Source: a phage. Taken from it: DNA of 64,000 nt. The notes beneath the pieces were generated by a model that worked only from the letters and a program-made list of their open reading frames with translations, made no database searches and was not told the DNA's origin. The stretch is from assembly GCA_024449565.1 (NCBI GenBank), contig GCA_024449565.1_4810.1; one strand, written 5' to 3'. Each line of letters starts with the position of its first letter. Within the stretch, counting starts at the first letter, position 1. The translations under genes and the position numbers were made by a program. Below, piece by piece: positions 42,215-53,046 of this stretch.

Positions 42215-42859
42215 TTACATAACTGCTAGTGCATCTTTGTAACGCTTTCTTCGCAACTCACCGTGGTTTGCTGCGTTCGGCGCGGCCCCGTTAATCCGCT
42301 TAACGGTTGAATCAAAATTTCCTGCATCCGCAAGAGGAATACAGCCGCTATTCTTAAAGAACCATGCCGCGCTGTCAGCAATGTATTTTGGTTCAGTCAG
42401 AATATCAGGATTGTTCAATGCATCATAGCCTGATTGACGCGTATATTCCGCATAGTTGGCCTTTCCAGTCAGCTGAATGGCACCACGGCCACGGTACTTC
42501 CAACCGTCGCCAGATGCTACTGAACCGTTGCCCATGCGGTTTGCATATGTATTATTGGCGATTTCCACAGGTTTACGGGCAATCGACAGTGCCAATGAGT
42601 TCGGGGCACTTCCAGAGCGACCGTTGACGCTGTAACGACTAGGCCATGTATTGGCAAGACCTTGAGCGGAATAATTCAGATTTTCCACAAAGGTCTTCAG
42701 ACTGCCTGTTTCCACTCCTACGTTTGCAAGCAGCGCCGCGACGGCATTCTTGCTTTTGATTCCGTAGTGCTCACAAGCCTGCTTGAAGGGGTCGACCCAT
42801 TTTTCAGCAACATCCATGCTGCATCCGGTCCCTTTAGATATTACGTTTGCATTAATCAT
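42215..42859 (-). CDS. endolysin, glycoside hydrolase family 19 (chitinase-like) type
   Basis: 214 aa; GVETGS and RGAIQLTGKANY motifs characteristic of GH19 phage lysins. Confidence 0.7.
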   Translation of the reverse strand: MINANVISKGTGCSMDVAEKWVDPFKQACEHYGIKSKNAVAALLANVGVETGSLKTFVENLNYSAQGLANTWPSRYSVNGRSGSAPNSLALSIARKPVEIANNTYANRMGNGSVASGDGWKYRGRGAIQLTGKANYAEYTRQSGYDALNNPDILTEPKYIADSAAWFFKNSGCIPLADAGNFDSTVKRINGAAPNAANHGELRRKRYKDALAVM

Positions 42860-42867
42860 AAATCACC

Positions 42868-44652
42868 TTATGCGCTTCTGTACCAGCCGTTCAAGACGAC
42901 ATATCGCGGCAGAGTTGAAACAGCCGTCGGCACGGACTGTCCTGCATCGCCAGTGTTACCGACCACATCGTGAGTGTGAGCGGGAAGTGTATAGCTGTGG
43001 CTGTGATTTCCGGAAAATTGAATATTCAAGCCATGGGTGTGTGAACCAGAAGATTGAATATTGTGGACATGGTTGCCGTTAGTTGAAGTGTTGAATTTGT
43101 AGTTATCATAATCCGTCTTTCTGCTTCCAATGTTGTTGTTTGTTCCATCATAAACTCCGTATCGAGCTTGGTCGGCAAACGCCTCGCCCCATCCGCTGTC
43201 GTGATGGTGGTTACCAGCTGCATCCATACCGTGAGAGTGAGCACCGTTTTGGCTTGTATCACCTATGTGGTTATGGTTGCCTGCGTCTCCAGTGGTATTT
43301 GACCATGGACCACTTTGTCGCGTGGTAATGTTCACGCTGTGATTGTGGAGTGGAAGCATTGCAGCGGTAAGGGTAACAGAGTCTGCACCGCCTGTATCAA
43401 GACCGTTTCGCGCCGTGCCAGACGTGCGAATCACCATGTTATCAGGCAACCTTGTCCATACCTGACCGTAAGCGCCCAGTTTAGTATTTGGGTTAGTCCC
43501 GTTGGTAAGGAATCGAGTCTCACCAACTTCGAATACGTCGCCCATGGTAATCAACTTCGCGGCAAGCGCGTCAAGTTGCCTTTTGGTAACAAATTGCTGC
43601 GGCTCCGTAGCATCAACGCCGATTTGCGCCGCGCCGAATGCCTGAAGAAGACGCCAAACAGTGCCGTCATAGATGATGGTGAATGGCAACAGGCCTACGA
43701 TAGCGCCAGCTGGCAACTCGCTGCCGTCGAATCCAAGAACGGCAACTTTGTTTACACCAATGGTCACGGTGACAGGTCCGGTAGTCGTCACATCATTGAC
43801 GATTGTCAGGCGACTACCTGCTGACGGAGGCCATGAATACCCTGCTGGAACGGTAAGGATTATGTCTTGCGCTCCTTTACCTGATGCAAGATTCGGCGTT
43901 CCAATTTGCACGTCTTGAACAGTGGCATTTTGAATCCAAGCACTCCAAGCACCAGAAGTATAAGAGCGAGTAAACAAATAGCCATTCATTGATGTATATT
44001 GCTGCAAGGCAAAGGTTTGCGCATCGACCTGCCAAGCGCAGACCTGCAGCCGACCTGCAACCTTCGTTGCGCCAACTGCATTCGGGATGTTAGAGCACAG
44101 AGCGGCGACGGAATCGGATTGAATCACGATAGTTGTGGAAGTCGTGATATTATCGAAGTCCACAAAACTTGAAATCAATCCACGAACAAAGTACGGGTTT
44201 TGCGCATCGCCGCCAGCAGGCATCGGAATGTATTTTCGCGCTTCGCTGGGCAGCGTTAATTCCTGCCAAGATTCCGTTTCTCCGTTGGCTGGCACGGCGC
44301 TTGTGTTGCCGTCGACCACGCTTTGAAAGATGCGCCACTCAGGCGCTGAAGGCGTTCCAGAGTTGCTTACTACGATGGCGTTTTTCGGGTATCCATCCGG
44401 CTTCAAGTCAGAAGAGAAATATTGTTGAGCGCCATGATCTTGAATAAACATAAGGTTGTCTGTAATCAAATTCAGCAACCAGTTCATGGATTCGCGCTCA
44501 ACAGCTTTCGCGGCGACGTTTCCAGCCTCCAGGGCAAGCGCATAGTCAGGGGTGTAGCCGCGCTGGAAGTTCACATAACCACTTGGGCTTGCATCCGGCA
44601 CCACGGATACATCACCGCTTTGCGCGAAAGGTCTGTTAATAAGTGTTGGCAT
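42868..44652 (-). CDS. tail fibre protein with C-terminal His-x-His repeat region
   Basis: Start moved to internal ATG with GAGGA RBS (MPTLINRP...); C-terminal 150 aa contain many HxH motifs as in metal-binding tail-fibre tips. Confidence 0.65.
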   Translation of the reverse strand: MPTLINRPFAQSGDVSVVPDASPSGYVNFQRGYTPDYALALEAGNVAAKAVERESMNWLLNLITDNLMFIQDHGAQQYFSSDLKPDGYPKNAIVVSNSGTPSAPEWRIFQSVVDGNTSAVPANGETESWQELTLPSEARKYIPMPAGGDAQNPYFVRGLISSFVDFDNITTSTTIVIQSDSVAALCSNIPNAVGATKVAGRLQVCAWQVDAQTFALQQYTSMNGYLFTRSYTSGAWSAWIQNATVQDVQIGTPNLASGKGAQDIILTVPAGYSWPPSAGSRLTIVNDVTTTGPVTVTIGVNKVAVLGFDGSELPAGAIVGLLPFTIIYDGTVWRLLQAFGAAQIGVDATEPQQFVTKRQLDALAAKLITMGDVFEVGETRFLTNGTNPNTKLGAYGQVWTRLPDNMVIRTSGTARNGLDTGGADSVTLTAAMLPLHNHSVNITTRQSGPWSNTTGDAGNHNHIGDTSQNGAHSHGMDAAGNHHHDSGWGEAFADQARYGVYDGTNNNIGSRKTDYDNYKFNTSTNGNHVHNIQSSGSHTHGLNIQFSGNHSHSYTLPAHTHDVVGNTGDAGQSVPTAVSTLPRYVVLNGWYRSA

Positions 44653-44662
44653 TGCCGTTCCT

Positions 44663-47401
44663 CTACACGATGTATTTAATTTTTGATAAAAGGGTTGATG
44701 CCCAATCACCAGTTAAGTCAGTTATGTTCATGCTTGAAACATAACCGCCAGCAGCACTTCTTGGAAAGTTTACTGTCGCTACAACATCCCCATTCGAAGC
44801 TATCAATTGAACTCCAGTCGCCAGTGACCCTGGGTTTTTGATGTATATAGAAGTTGCAGTTTTCTTTGCAAAGTCTTCGCTTGTTGAAATCGCAAGCGCA
44901 TTCATCGTATTACCAGAAACAAGCATCAAGCTTAAAATATCAAGTTCAAGAGTCGTACCAACTTCGGTCGGCAAGTCTTTCCCTGATATCAAGCCAATGC
45001 TTATTCCACCTGTCGAACCATCCCAAGTCGTTCCTGCAACAATCTCAGCGGCAAGGTCAACTTCGATACGTTGCAAATCACCTGCGCCTATGCTGTAGAA
45101 TTTAGGGATATAGCCGCCCATACCATCCGGTACGGTTACGAAAAGTTTTTGACCGTTTACCGTGTTGTTTTTAACTATTGCGATAAATGACAAAGGACCA
45201 GTCAGGCTGCCAGTGTATTTAGTAGCAAGTACAGCGCGTGCATAACCGGACGCTGGCACAGTTCCTATTGTAGCGGAAAGCTTGAATGATGGGAACTGGT
45301 TGGGCGCACCGCTGATTGGCGTCGCCGTTACCGTGTTATCTCCGTCCTTGACGATATTGCCAAAAGATGTGCCGTCATTGGGCTGTGTGTATCGCCAGTA
45401 GTTTGTGATCGCGGCACGTGGGATTTCACGACCAAAGTCATCTCTTGATGCTTTTGAGATTGAATAGTCGTTGACAAGTGCGCCGTCGATAACTTGGTTC
45501 ACACCTTTCAGAGATTCAAGCTGTCGTATTACGCCTTTAAAGTTGTTCAGCGGCCACTCGTTTATGCCGCCAACTCTGATGATGCCGTCAGTGTTAATCC
45601 ATGCGACACCTTCCGTTTCGAATCCTACTCGCGTGTCTGTTATGTTGCTGACAGTCAAATCAATATCAGATAAGTCTGCGACTTCTTGGTAAAGCTGCCA
45701 ACGTATTCCGGCATTTGCTGGCAAGAATCCTTCATTCCTGTCGCCAACTAGCGTCTTAAAGTTGTCGGATAAGTTGTTGGCGAAATAAGGCCCGATGACA
45801 TATTCCATGTAATAGTCAGCGGTCGGCGGCGGCGGTACGCCGTCCAATCGGCTAACGTTCCATGAGCGTCTGATGCCGTCAGTCTCTGCAATCAATGTTG
45901 CGTTTCCTGGGTACGGGTAGCCGCCGATTGAACCAGAGTATGCAAGCGATGAACCAGGCTGCATGAATGATTCACCTACCACGCCATCCCTTGTTGTCAA
46001 CGGACCGTTTGCGCAAGATATGTTGTTGAGCGTTCCTGCCGTAACAGACAGGATTGCCGTTCCATCTGCAGGAGGATTTTGAGTCCCATAGAAATAAGGC
46101 TCAGGCCCATTAGGATTTTGAACAGGGTCGCAAACACAAATGGAGTATCCAAAAAGAAGCGCATCAGACCCTTCAGGCAATTCGCGAGTCTGGGTTGATC
46201 CAGCGGCAGTTGCTTTCAACTCAATTGAAAAGCTTGTTTTCACCCCAGCCGTCGCGTTTGCAGTTTGCTCTACAATCCAGATTCTGTACCAATCGCCGCC
46301 GATTGCCTTGATGCCACCACGATTTGATTCCCTTCTCACACCGTCGAACTTGCCTGTGATGAAATAACTCAAAGAAGAGTCAAGGTTGAACTGCCCAGTC
46401 ACTGGGTCGAAAAGTTTTCCATTACTCGATGCATCACTGTTCTCTGTTACGGAAACAGAAGCCACGTTTTCAGAAAGCACTTTTATGTAGAAGCTATAGC
46501 AAACGTTGACACCAGCCTGAGAAGGAAGCGCAATAGATTGGGCGCTTGGATTATTGGCCAAAGAATACACAGGCTCGCCGCTGGAAGCGGTCTTGATGAC
46601 CCGTACTGCGTTGGCGAAATTCTCTATGGCCTCTCCTGGGTAGTCACCGCACAGTTGTCCGTAATAGTCAGGGCCGCCATATTGTCGTGTATCGCCGCCG
46701 ACAATACCAGCGCCGGAACCATTGCCCCATGAATACCAGTCTGGGTGCGCCATCCGTGACACGGTGCCTGACACTCCGCTGATGGTAAGTCCTGCGTTGT
46801 TGCCATGGCTTAAAAGTATCTGCTTATAATCGTGCTGAATCTCAGTTGACCCTTGCCAGTCGTACAGAAGGAATGAGCCATTGGTTGATTCAGACGAAGA
46901 CACCGCGCCTTGAGTATTGTCGGTCACATATGCGTAGCGTGATGAAGAATAATCCCAAGCCTCTCCACGGTTGAAAATCCACTTAAGCATGCGGTTGATA
47001 CTTTCGATGCGGCCATCACTTGTAAGCGTCAGATAACGAAGCTTAAGAAGTATGCGTGCTTCTTCGATATTCTTTACAACCTTCCCGCCAGCACCAAAGA
47101 AGTTGCCGCCGATGTTGTCCGCACCTTCAAAGTTGTCGCGCGTCGGTCCAAACGCCCAGTTGTGCTCATAATTGCTTAAGTCCACAAAGTCTCTTGGTAT
47201 GCAAAGAATGTCGCACCAAATATAAATGCCCATTGCATCACAAGTATCAATGTTGAATATGTTCTTGTACCAGTCAATCCAAAACTGATCTTGATATCGC
47301 TCGTACCAGTCACTTTTCTTTTGCACCAAAGATGTGATGTTTGGCGCATTGTTCTGCATCCACTTAAGGTTTTGCAACAGGTTTGTGTCAAACTTTTGCA
47401 T
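44663..47401 (-). CDS. large tail fibre or baseplate-associated structural protein (912 aa)
   Basis: Position between baseplate-like gene and tail fibre; Gly/Ser/Asn/Thr-rich. Confidence 0.55.
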   Translation of the reverse strand: MQKFDTNLLQNLKWMQNNAPNITSLVQKKSDWYERYQDQFWIDWYKNIFNIDTCDAMGIYIWCDILCIPRDFVDLSNYEHNWAFGPTRDNFEGADNIGGNFFGAGGKVVKNIEEARILLKLRYLTLTSDGRIESINRMLKWIFNRGEAWDYSSSRYAYVTDNTQGAVSSSESTNGSFLLYDWQGSTEIQHDYKQILLSHGNNAGLTISGVSGTVSRMAHPDWYSWGNGSGAGIVGGDTRQYGGPDYYGQLCGDYPGEAIENFANAVRVIKTASSGEPVYSLANNPSAQSIALPSQAGVNVCYSFYIKVLSENVASVSVTENSDASSNGKLFDPVTGQFNLDSSLSYFITGKFDGVRRESNRGGIKAIGGDWYRIWIVEQTANATAGVKTSFSIELKATAAGSTQTRELPEGSDALLFGYSICVCDPVQNPNGPEPYFYGTQNPPADGTAILSVTAGTLNNISCANGPLTTRDGVVGESFMQPGSSLAYSGSIGGYPYPGNATLIAETDGIRRSWNVSRLDGVPPPPTADYYMEYVIGPYFANNLSDNFKTLVGDRNEGFLPANAGIRWQLYQEVADLSDIDLTVSNITDTRVGFETEGVAWINTDGIIRVGGINEWPLNNFKGVIRQLESLKGVNQVIDGALVNDYSISKASRDDFGREIPRAAITNYWRYTQPNDGTSFGNIVKDGDNTVTATPISGAPNQFPSFKLSATIGTVPASGYARAVLATKYTGSLTGPLSFIAIVKNNTVNGQKLFVTVPDGMGGYIPKFYSIGAGDLQRIEVDLAAEIVAGTTWDGSTGGISIGLISGKDLPTEVGTTLELDILSLMLVSGNTMNALAISTSEDFAKKTATSIYIKNPGSLATGVQLIASNGDVVATVNFPRSAAGGYVSSMNITDLTGDWASTLLSKIKYIV

Positions 47402-47407
47402 AGTTCC

Positions 47408-48679
47408 TCACACAAATTTAACGTTGATGAAGCCGCGCATAGTATTCGCCTTATCCCAAGGGTTGGCAATCCACTCGCTGCCGTAATCGGATGGATAATT
47501 TGGCGCTGCCTGTCCGCTTTTTACTGCTGCAATTTTGCAATCTTTGATATAAAGTCCTGGATATTCGCAGGATACTGCTGAAGCAATTTCAAAAGAAGAT
47601 TGAGATTGACCCACTGCATATCCTTGCTCGCCGTTAAAATTGCCATTGCCGTAATTCAGTACAGCGGCAATAATAGACTCTGCATCAGCGGTCGCCGTTC
47701 CTCTTGAAACGGTTATGTCAACATACAAGTCATATATCACTGCAGTATTAAATTTGACAAAATAAGACAGTTGCGATTCTTCGTCGACAACTTCTATTCC
47801 ATCAGGCGAGTTGACTGGATCACCTTGATTAGCAGCGCCAAAGTCCCAAGGTTGACCGCCCATCTTCGCCTTGAATATCGTCTCCGCAAACACTTGCTTG
47901 TCAAATGTTCCGCTTGCGCACACCCAAACACCGTTAGGCGTTGAGAAGGTGATGCCGCGCACCGTTCCAGGCGCTCCTGTGTCGTTCTCAACGACCATCA
48001 CAGATTCTACACCGTCGACCGACATGGCGCGAGCGCGAATGGCACCAAGCGATGCAATGCCCTGCTGGTAAAGACGCTTAACACGAGCGGCCTTTAATGC
48101 TCCGTCGCTCATGTATTGTGTTCCTGGCACGGTCGTTGTTGCCGACGTTGAATAAGTTCTTGACCATCCGATGACATCATAACCTTGCACCACTGTAAAC
48201 TCTTCATCAGGCGCAACAGTGAATGATCCATAATCTTTTGACGCAAGAGTCATATTGCTTGTCTTGCCAGTCGAAGTGATTTGAACGTCTTCCAGAACAT
48301 ACCAGTATGTACCATTTGAATCAGTAAGAAGACTTCCAGCAGGAATTTCCAGCAGCGGCGTTCCCTCTGCAGTCACACCTTTCAACATCGTGCTTACGTT
48401 CTTTGTGCGCTCGATACCAAGAAGCGCCGCGATTGCATCAAGATATACTCCATATGAGTAGTTAGGGTTGATGAGACTTCCCAATTCGGCATTGTTCTTC
48501 ATCACTGAAGTTCTTGCCAACGTTTCTGTTGCGATTAGAGTGCCTTGCGGCGTCGAAGCATCAACATCAAGCCCGACCCCTAAAGACTCAATCCATTCAC
48601 CTTGAACATCAGCCAATAAATCTGCCGTGTCAATGGTGATCACACCAGTGCTTACTATGTAAGAATATTGTGCACTCAT
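47408..48679 (-). CDS. baseplate protein, putative baseplate J-like wedge
   Basis: 423 aa; size and position upstream of fibre genes. Context only. Confidence 0.4.
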   Translation of the reverse strand: MSAQYSYIVSTGVITIDTADLLADVQGEWIESLGVGLDVDASTPQGTLIATETLARTSVMKNNAELGSLINPNYSYGVYLDAIAALLGIERTKNVSTMLKGVTAEGTPLLEIPAGSLLTDSNGTYWYVLEDVQITSTGKTSNMTLASKDYGSFTVAPDEEFTVVQGYDVIGWSRTYSTSATTTVPGTQYMSDGALKAARVKRLYQQGIASLGAIRARAMSVDGVESVMVVENDTGAPGTVRGITFSTPNGVWVCASGTFDKQVFAETIFKAKMGGQPWDFGAANQGDPVNSPDGIEVVDEESQLSYFVKFNTAVIYDLYVDITVSRGTATADAESIIAAVLNYGNGNFNGEQGYAVGQSQSSFEIASAVSCEYPGLYIKDCKIAAVKSGQAAPNYPSDYGSEWIANPWDKANTMRGFINVKFV

Positions 48680-49428
48680 TCTATCATATTCCCAGTTCTG
48701 TTTCCAGGCCCGTTACCGATATGCCCGTGAGTGGATACATCAATGCCGCCGACCGTTGTGCCAGTCGGAAGCGTTGCCGTCGTTCCTTCTTTGCCTTCTA
48801 TCCCACCATTGAATGTTGCCTTTCCATTTACTATCAATTGTTGATCGATAGTGGTTATCGGGGTCTTGACGTTTACTCCAGCAGACGCAGTTATGTTTAT
48901 TGAGTCATCGCTTAGTGCAATTCTCACAGCGCCGCTGAGGGATTGAATTACCATTGACCCTGCATCCTCTCCGCTTATGGTGTATTTTCGGAATACATCC
49001 GGTATGAACAGTCCATCAGCGAAAGTTTTTACACGGCCATTGGTAGGCGCGGTCGGCTTCAATTCTTCAAGGAATGTCGACAACTCGCGGTCGCCAGCGA
49101 ATATCCAGCCCAAGTCGCCTTCCTTCAAAGGGAAGTTGATCACGAATCCGCCGCCGCCGATTGCCAGTACCGGAATTGACACCAAAGGTTGACGCTCCAC
49201 TGGCTTATCATCAAGACTTACGAAATGAATAACAGGTTTTATGACTGCTAAATTTTTCTTGCGGTCATAAGATATTACTTGCGCAGGAATCATACCATCA
49301 GTGGTATACTTGCCACGGTCCAGCATTCCCTGAAGCGCGGCAAACATACTTGATTTGTCAGTTTGGTTGGGGCTTGTAAGTTGGGTTAACTTTTCTGCCA
49401 TCATAGACTCCTTATATCTGATCAACAA
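48676..49428 (-). CDS. baseplate component, tentative (250 aa)
   Basis: Gly/Thr-rich C-terminus; position in baseplate block. Context only. Confidence 0.4.
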   Translation of the reverse strand: MLIRYKESMMAEKLTQLTSPNQTDKSSMFAALQGMLDRGKYTTDGMIPAQVISYDRKKNLAVIKPVIHFVSLDDKPVERQPLVSIPVLAIGGGGFVINFPLKEGDLGWIFAGDRELSTFLEELKPTAPTNGRVKTFADGLFIPDVFRKYTISGEDAGSMVIQSLSGAVRIALSDDSINITASAGVNVKTPITTIDQQLIVNGKATFNGGIEGKEGTTATLPTGTTVGGIDVSTHGHIGNGPGNRTGNMIE

Positions 49429-49461
49429 ATTATAATCTATAAGGAGTCTATAAGCAATATT

Positions 49462-49983
49462 TTAGCGATTTGACTTTGATTCTTTAATGGCAGCTTCGTT
49501 TGAGTAGGCTTCATTAAGTGATTTTGCTATTAAACCATCAAACATGGCAAATGCATCACGCAGTGAATAGTATTCTTCCAACTCCTTTAAAGATGCAAGG
49601 CCGTTATTTATTAGACTTGCAACCATTGGCTCAAGATAATTAGGCTCTACTGTCGGTGCATCCGCCAAGAATCTATTTGGAATTTTGGTGCTTTTCCAAT
49701 CGCTAAGGAATCCAAAGTTGTGCTTTTTAACGGCTTCCATCAATACTTTCAACACAAGATTAGGCGGCAAGTGATTAGGAATACTTTTCACTTCCTCACT
49801 AATTACTTTTTCAGAATTAAGCCTTACTTTGGACCCGTCGTATTTGATTACATAACATTCACTCAATAATTCAAGTGGGGTTAATATACTTATGTCATCG
49901 ACCATTTCAAATGCATCTATTGCGCTGAATTGATGAATTTCATAAGTTACGCCAAACAAGTCGATTATTTTATTCTTTCTCAT
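49462..49983 (-). CDS. hypothetical structural-module protein (173 aa)
   Basis: ORF track; within tail/baseplate block. Confidence 0.5.
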   Translation of the reverse strand: MRKNKIIDLFGVTYEIHQFSAIDAFEMVDDISILTPLELLSECYVIKYDGSKVRLNSEKVISEEVKSIPNHLPPNLVLKVLMEAVKKHNFGFLSDWKSTKIPNRFLADAPTVEPNYLEPMVASLINNGLASLKELEEYYSLRDAFAMFDGLIAKSLNEAYSNEAAIKESKSNR

Positions 49984-49985
49984 AT

Positions 49986-50858
49986 TTATGCCGATGGTGC
50001 AACGCCGCCCGTCACCGTAAATATATCATCACGACTCGCTAAATCATATTCAAGTTGCATGATGACAAATGTGGTGTCGTTCAAGCTTGGGTTTAAGACT
50101 GATTTGAATTTAACACCTTGTGCAAGCTTCAAATCTGCGTTATACATACAAGTGAAGTCTGCACCCCACTCGTTCCACATCGGTATTCCGACAAATTCCT
50201 CAATGACTGTAATCTGGTCTGGATTTAGAATTTTGTCTTTATCCTTAACAATTAACGTATCGTCATCAATGTATGCCGCGATTGAGTTGCGTTGATAGTT
50301 CTGGATCTCAAGCAGCAGCGCAGCAGCAACATATGTTGTTCTTCCTGGGTTCACAAGTCGCTGATTGTTAATCGACGTGTCACAAATAACAGTATCGATG
50401 CCCATTTGTTTTGCAGACCATTCCACAAACTCTTTGAAAGTCGGGTTGGATGGCGCGGCTTGAGTTATGAACTTCGTTCTGTTTATTTGGTTGGTGTAAC
50501 AAGTGATTCTGATGACAATATTCGGCGGCGGTGCTGTGATCTCAACTGTCGTCACCTGTCCCTTGTATACCAAGTTGCTGCTGATTACGCTCCCTTCTCT
50601 GTATCCAGCTTCAATAGTCACGTTAACATAGTTCGCCGCCAACTGACCTTGATCACGCAGACGTTTGTTGAATGCCGTGAAGTTGGAAAGCAGGTACTCT
50701 CTCAAGTACCCTGTCAATCCTGCGACTTCAATCGTGGCCTTATTCTGAACGGAAAGTGCTGCCTTTTTGATTCGGCATCTAAGCATCAATCCTTCATCAA
50801 GCACTTGGCTTGTGCCATCCGGCATAGATAAGGTGACTTTAAGGATTCTCTTTTTCAA
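49986..50858 (-). CDS. tail/baseplate hub-like protein, tentative (290 aa)
   Basis: Immediately downstream of the tape measure gene. Context only. Confidence 0.4.
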   Translation of the reverse strand: MKKRILKVTLSMPDGTSQVLDEGLMLRCRIKKAALSVQNKATIEVAGLTGYLREYLLSNFTAFNKRLRDQGQLAANYVNVTIEAGYREGSVISSNLVYKGQVTTVEITAPPPNIVIRITCYTNQINRTKFITQAAPSNPTFKEFVEWSAKQMGIDTVICDTSINNQRLVNPGRTTYVAAALLLEIQNYQRNSIAAYIDDDTLIVKDKDKILNPDQITVIEEFVGIPMWNEWGADFTCMYNADLKLAQGVKFKSVLNPSLNDTTFVIMQLEYDLASRDDIFTVTGGVAPSA

Positions 50859-50862
50859 ATTA

Positions 50863-53043
50863 TCACCACTTCAAAGGTGTAGCAGTAAGGTTGTTTATGT
50901 CATTGATATCATCTTGTTCAAGCACTCGTTTCGTTTCGAATGCCGTGCTGCGTGGGTCTTGAGCGCCGTTGACGTTGATGACAACGTTTTTCTGACCCAT
51001 AGTAATATCACGCCCACCAGGTCGACTATTCGCGGAAAGGTCGCCGCCGTATTTCTGGAATGCCTCAAGTTGGAATGCAGCAAGACGAGCATTCTTCATC
51101 GCTTCGGCTTGAATGTTCGGTCTTACACCTGGAGTTGAAGCCAGTTGCATGTTTTTAATATAATCCCTTTGCGTTCCAAGTTTAAGGTAAGTTTGAGCAA
51201 AGTCAATATCGCCTTTGTTAACTTGCCCTTGCATCAACTGCTCAACTGGCACGTTTAGGTATCCTGCAACGGCTTCTTGCAACTGTCTGTATTGCACCGT
51301 TTGGCGGGATTGGCCTTGTACTGGTGCATAACGGCCCTTTGGTGCTTCCGCTCCGCTACCGCTAAGTACTGGAGTAACTGGTGCACCTTGCGGCGCTCCT
51401 GTGGCGTATTCTCCATTCGCCTGTCGGTCGAGAGCGGCCATTACCTTGCCAGGGTATGCACGGGTGTTCTTTCCCCATCCGCTTCGGTCATATCCACCGT
51501 GATACATAGTCAGCGCAAGATTCCAATCGCCATTGGCAGCTGTTAAATATTCCTTGAGAAGTTGAGCGCCGCCCATAATGTTTTGTCTTGGGTCGTTACC
51601 GTCTGTGATACCAAGTCCCTTGAAGTTGGAAGGCATTATTTGCATCAATCCGGTCGCGCCTGCTCCGCTCACAGCGTTAGGGTTGAATCCAGATTCGACT
51701 TCTGTGACGGCCTTCATCATCGCAACAGGGATTCCATAACGCTTGGAAGCTTCCTCATAGATTGAGTCATATGCAGTCGGATTTCCTGACCCCAAGTTGT
51801 TGCCTACGGTCGCACCAGTGCTTAGTGCTGGTGTGCCAGGCATTGCGGATTGGCCTGCGCTTCGTCCTATCTCACCAGCCCATGCAGCCCACGCTTGTCG
51901 CTCATCAATAACACCAGCAAAGGTTGAAACGGCGCTTGAAAACAGGTTGATGTCGCGAGTGAAAAGTGCTTGCGCAGAGCGTTGTTCAGCCGCGTTTTGC
52001 TCCTGGTTCCTCTGGCGCTTCACATCGCCGTCAGCCATCTGAGTTATCCATCTATCAACGGCACGCTCGTGACGCTCGTTAACAGCCGCCTGTTTATCGA
52101 ACGGGTGTTTCAAATCAGCGATGAAATTGTCGACAAATTCAGACCATCCATCAGACATCCTTTGGAACATCATCTGGAATCCTTCGACTGTATCGGCAGT
52201 CTTGCTGACAAGCGTCGAGAATGCTGGCATCACGTTCTCGCCGATTACCAGTTCAATGCGTCGCCAGTCTTCTTGAATTTGGCCCATGCTGTTTCGTATC
52301 GTTTCAAGCGCAGCCTGCTGTCTTTGCAGCTTCGCCGTTTCTTCGTCGCTTATACGGGTGCTTTCTTTGACTGATTGATTTCGCTCACGAAGCGCACGGA
52401 CTTCATCGGCGGTAAAACCTGCCAGAGCACCAATAGCACGAGCGGTTTGCTCATTCACACTTCTCAGCTTTGTGCCAATTTCATCAAGCAGCTGGTTTGT
52501 GTCTTTGATGCCGCCGTTACTGTTGAAAGGACTGGTCCCCATCTTGTTCAGCAGCAAGTTATCCTTGTTCATCACATCTGGGTTGGTGTATGCGTTGAAT
52601 GCGAGATTAGAAGCCTTGCTGATTAAATCCCTTGACCCTTGCGCACCAAGAACTCCGCCTGAACTTTCATTCAATTGTCGCTGTAATTGCTCTACGCCAA
52701 TTGGTGAAAGACCTGCTTCAAATCCAAGCTTCCTTTGCGCTTCGTATTCTTTTCGAACATCAACGATAGATTTGACTACGACAGCCAATCCTGCGACAAC
52801 AGGGACGAGCGCGGCAAAGCGATAAGTAAGCCGCGCAAGGATTCCGTCAATAGACCCCAGTTCAGCTGTGAGAGGCTTCAACTCACCAAACACATCCTTG
52901 AATGCTCCAGTGAAGTCTTTGCCAGCGGACTTTGCCTTTTTGTTTGTCTGATCAACCTTATCTTGCAATTGCTCAAGACGATTGATGGACTCTTTCAAGT
53001 CCACCGTATATTGAAGAACAAATTTTTCTAATGAGTCAGACAC
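50863..53043 (-). CDS. tail tape measure protein with lytic transglycosylase (SLT) domain
   Basis: 726 aa; N-terminal coiled-coil-like region; SLT signature VTEVESGFNPNAVSGAGATGLMQIMP; position between tail and baseplate genes. Confidence 0.7.
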   Translation of the reverse strand: MSDSLEKFVLQYTVDLKESINRLEQLQDKVDQTNKKAKSAGKDFTGAFKDVFGELKPLTAELGSIDGILARLTYRFAALVPVVAGLAVVVKSIVDVRKEYEAQRKLGFEAGLSPIGVEQLQRQLNESSGGVLGAQGSRDLISKASNLAFNAYTNPDVMNKDNLLLNKMGTSPFNSNGGIKDTNQLLDEIGTKLRSVNEQTARAIGALAGFTADEVRALRERNQSVKESTRISDEETAKLQRQQAALETIRNSMGQIQEDWRRIELVIGENVMPAFSTLVSKTADTVEGFQMMFQRMSDGWSEFVDNFIADLKHPFDKQAAVNERHERAVDRWITQMADGDVKRQRNQEQNAAEQRSAQALFTRDINLFSSAVSTFAGVIDERQAWAAWAGEIGRSAGQSAMPGTPALSTGATVGNNLGSGNPTAYDSIYEEASKRYGIPVAMMKAVTEVESGFNPNAVSGAGATGLMQIMPSNFKGLGITDGNDPRQNIMGGAQLLKEYLTAANGDWNLALTMYHGGYDRSGWGKNTRAYPGKVMAALDRQANGEYATGAPQGAPVTPVLSGSGAEAPKGRYAPVQGQSRQTVQYRQLQEAVAGYLNVPVEQLMQGQVNKGDIDFAQTYLKLGTQRDYIKNMQLASTPGVRPNIQAEAMKNARLAAFQLEAFQKYGGDLSANSRPGGRDITMGQKNVVINVNGAQDPRSTAFETKRVLEQDDINDINNLTATPLKW

Positions 53044-53046
53044 AGT

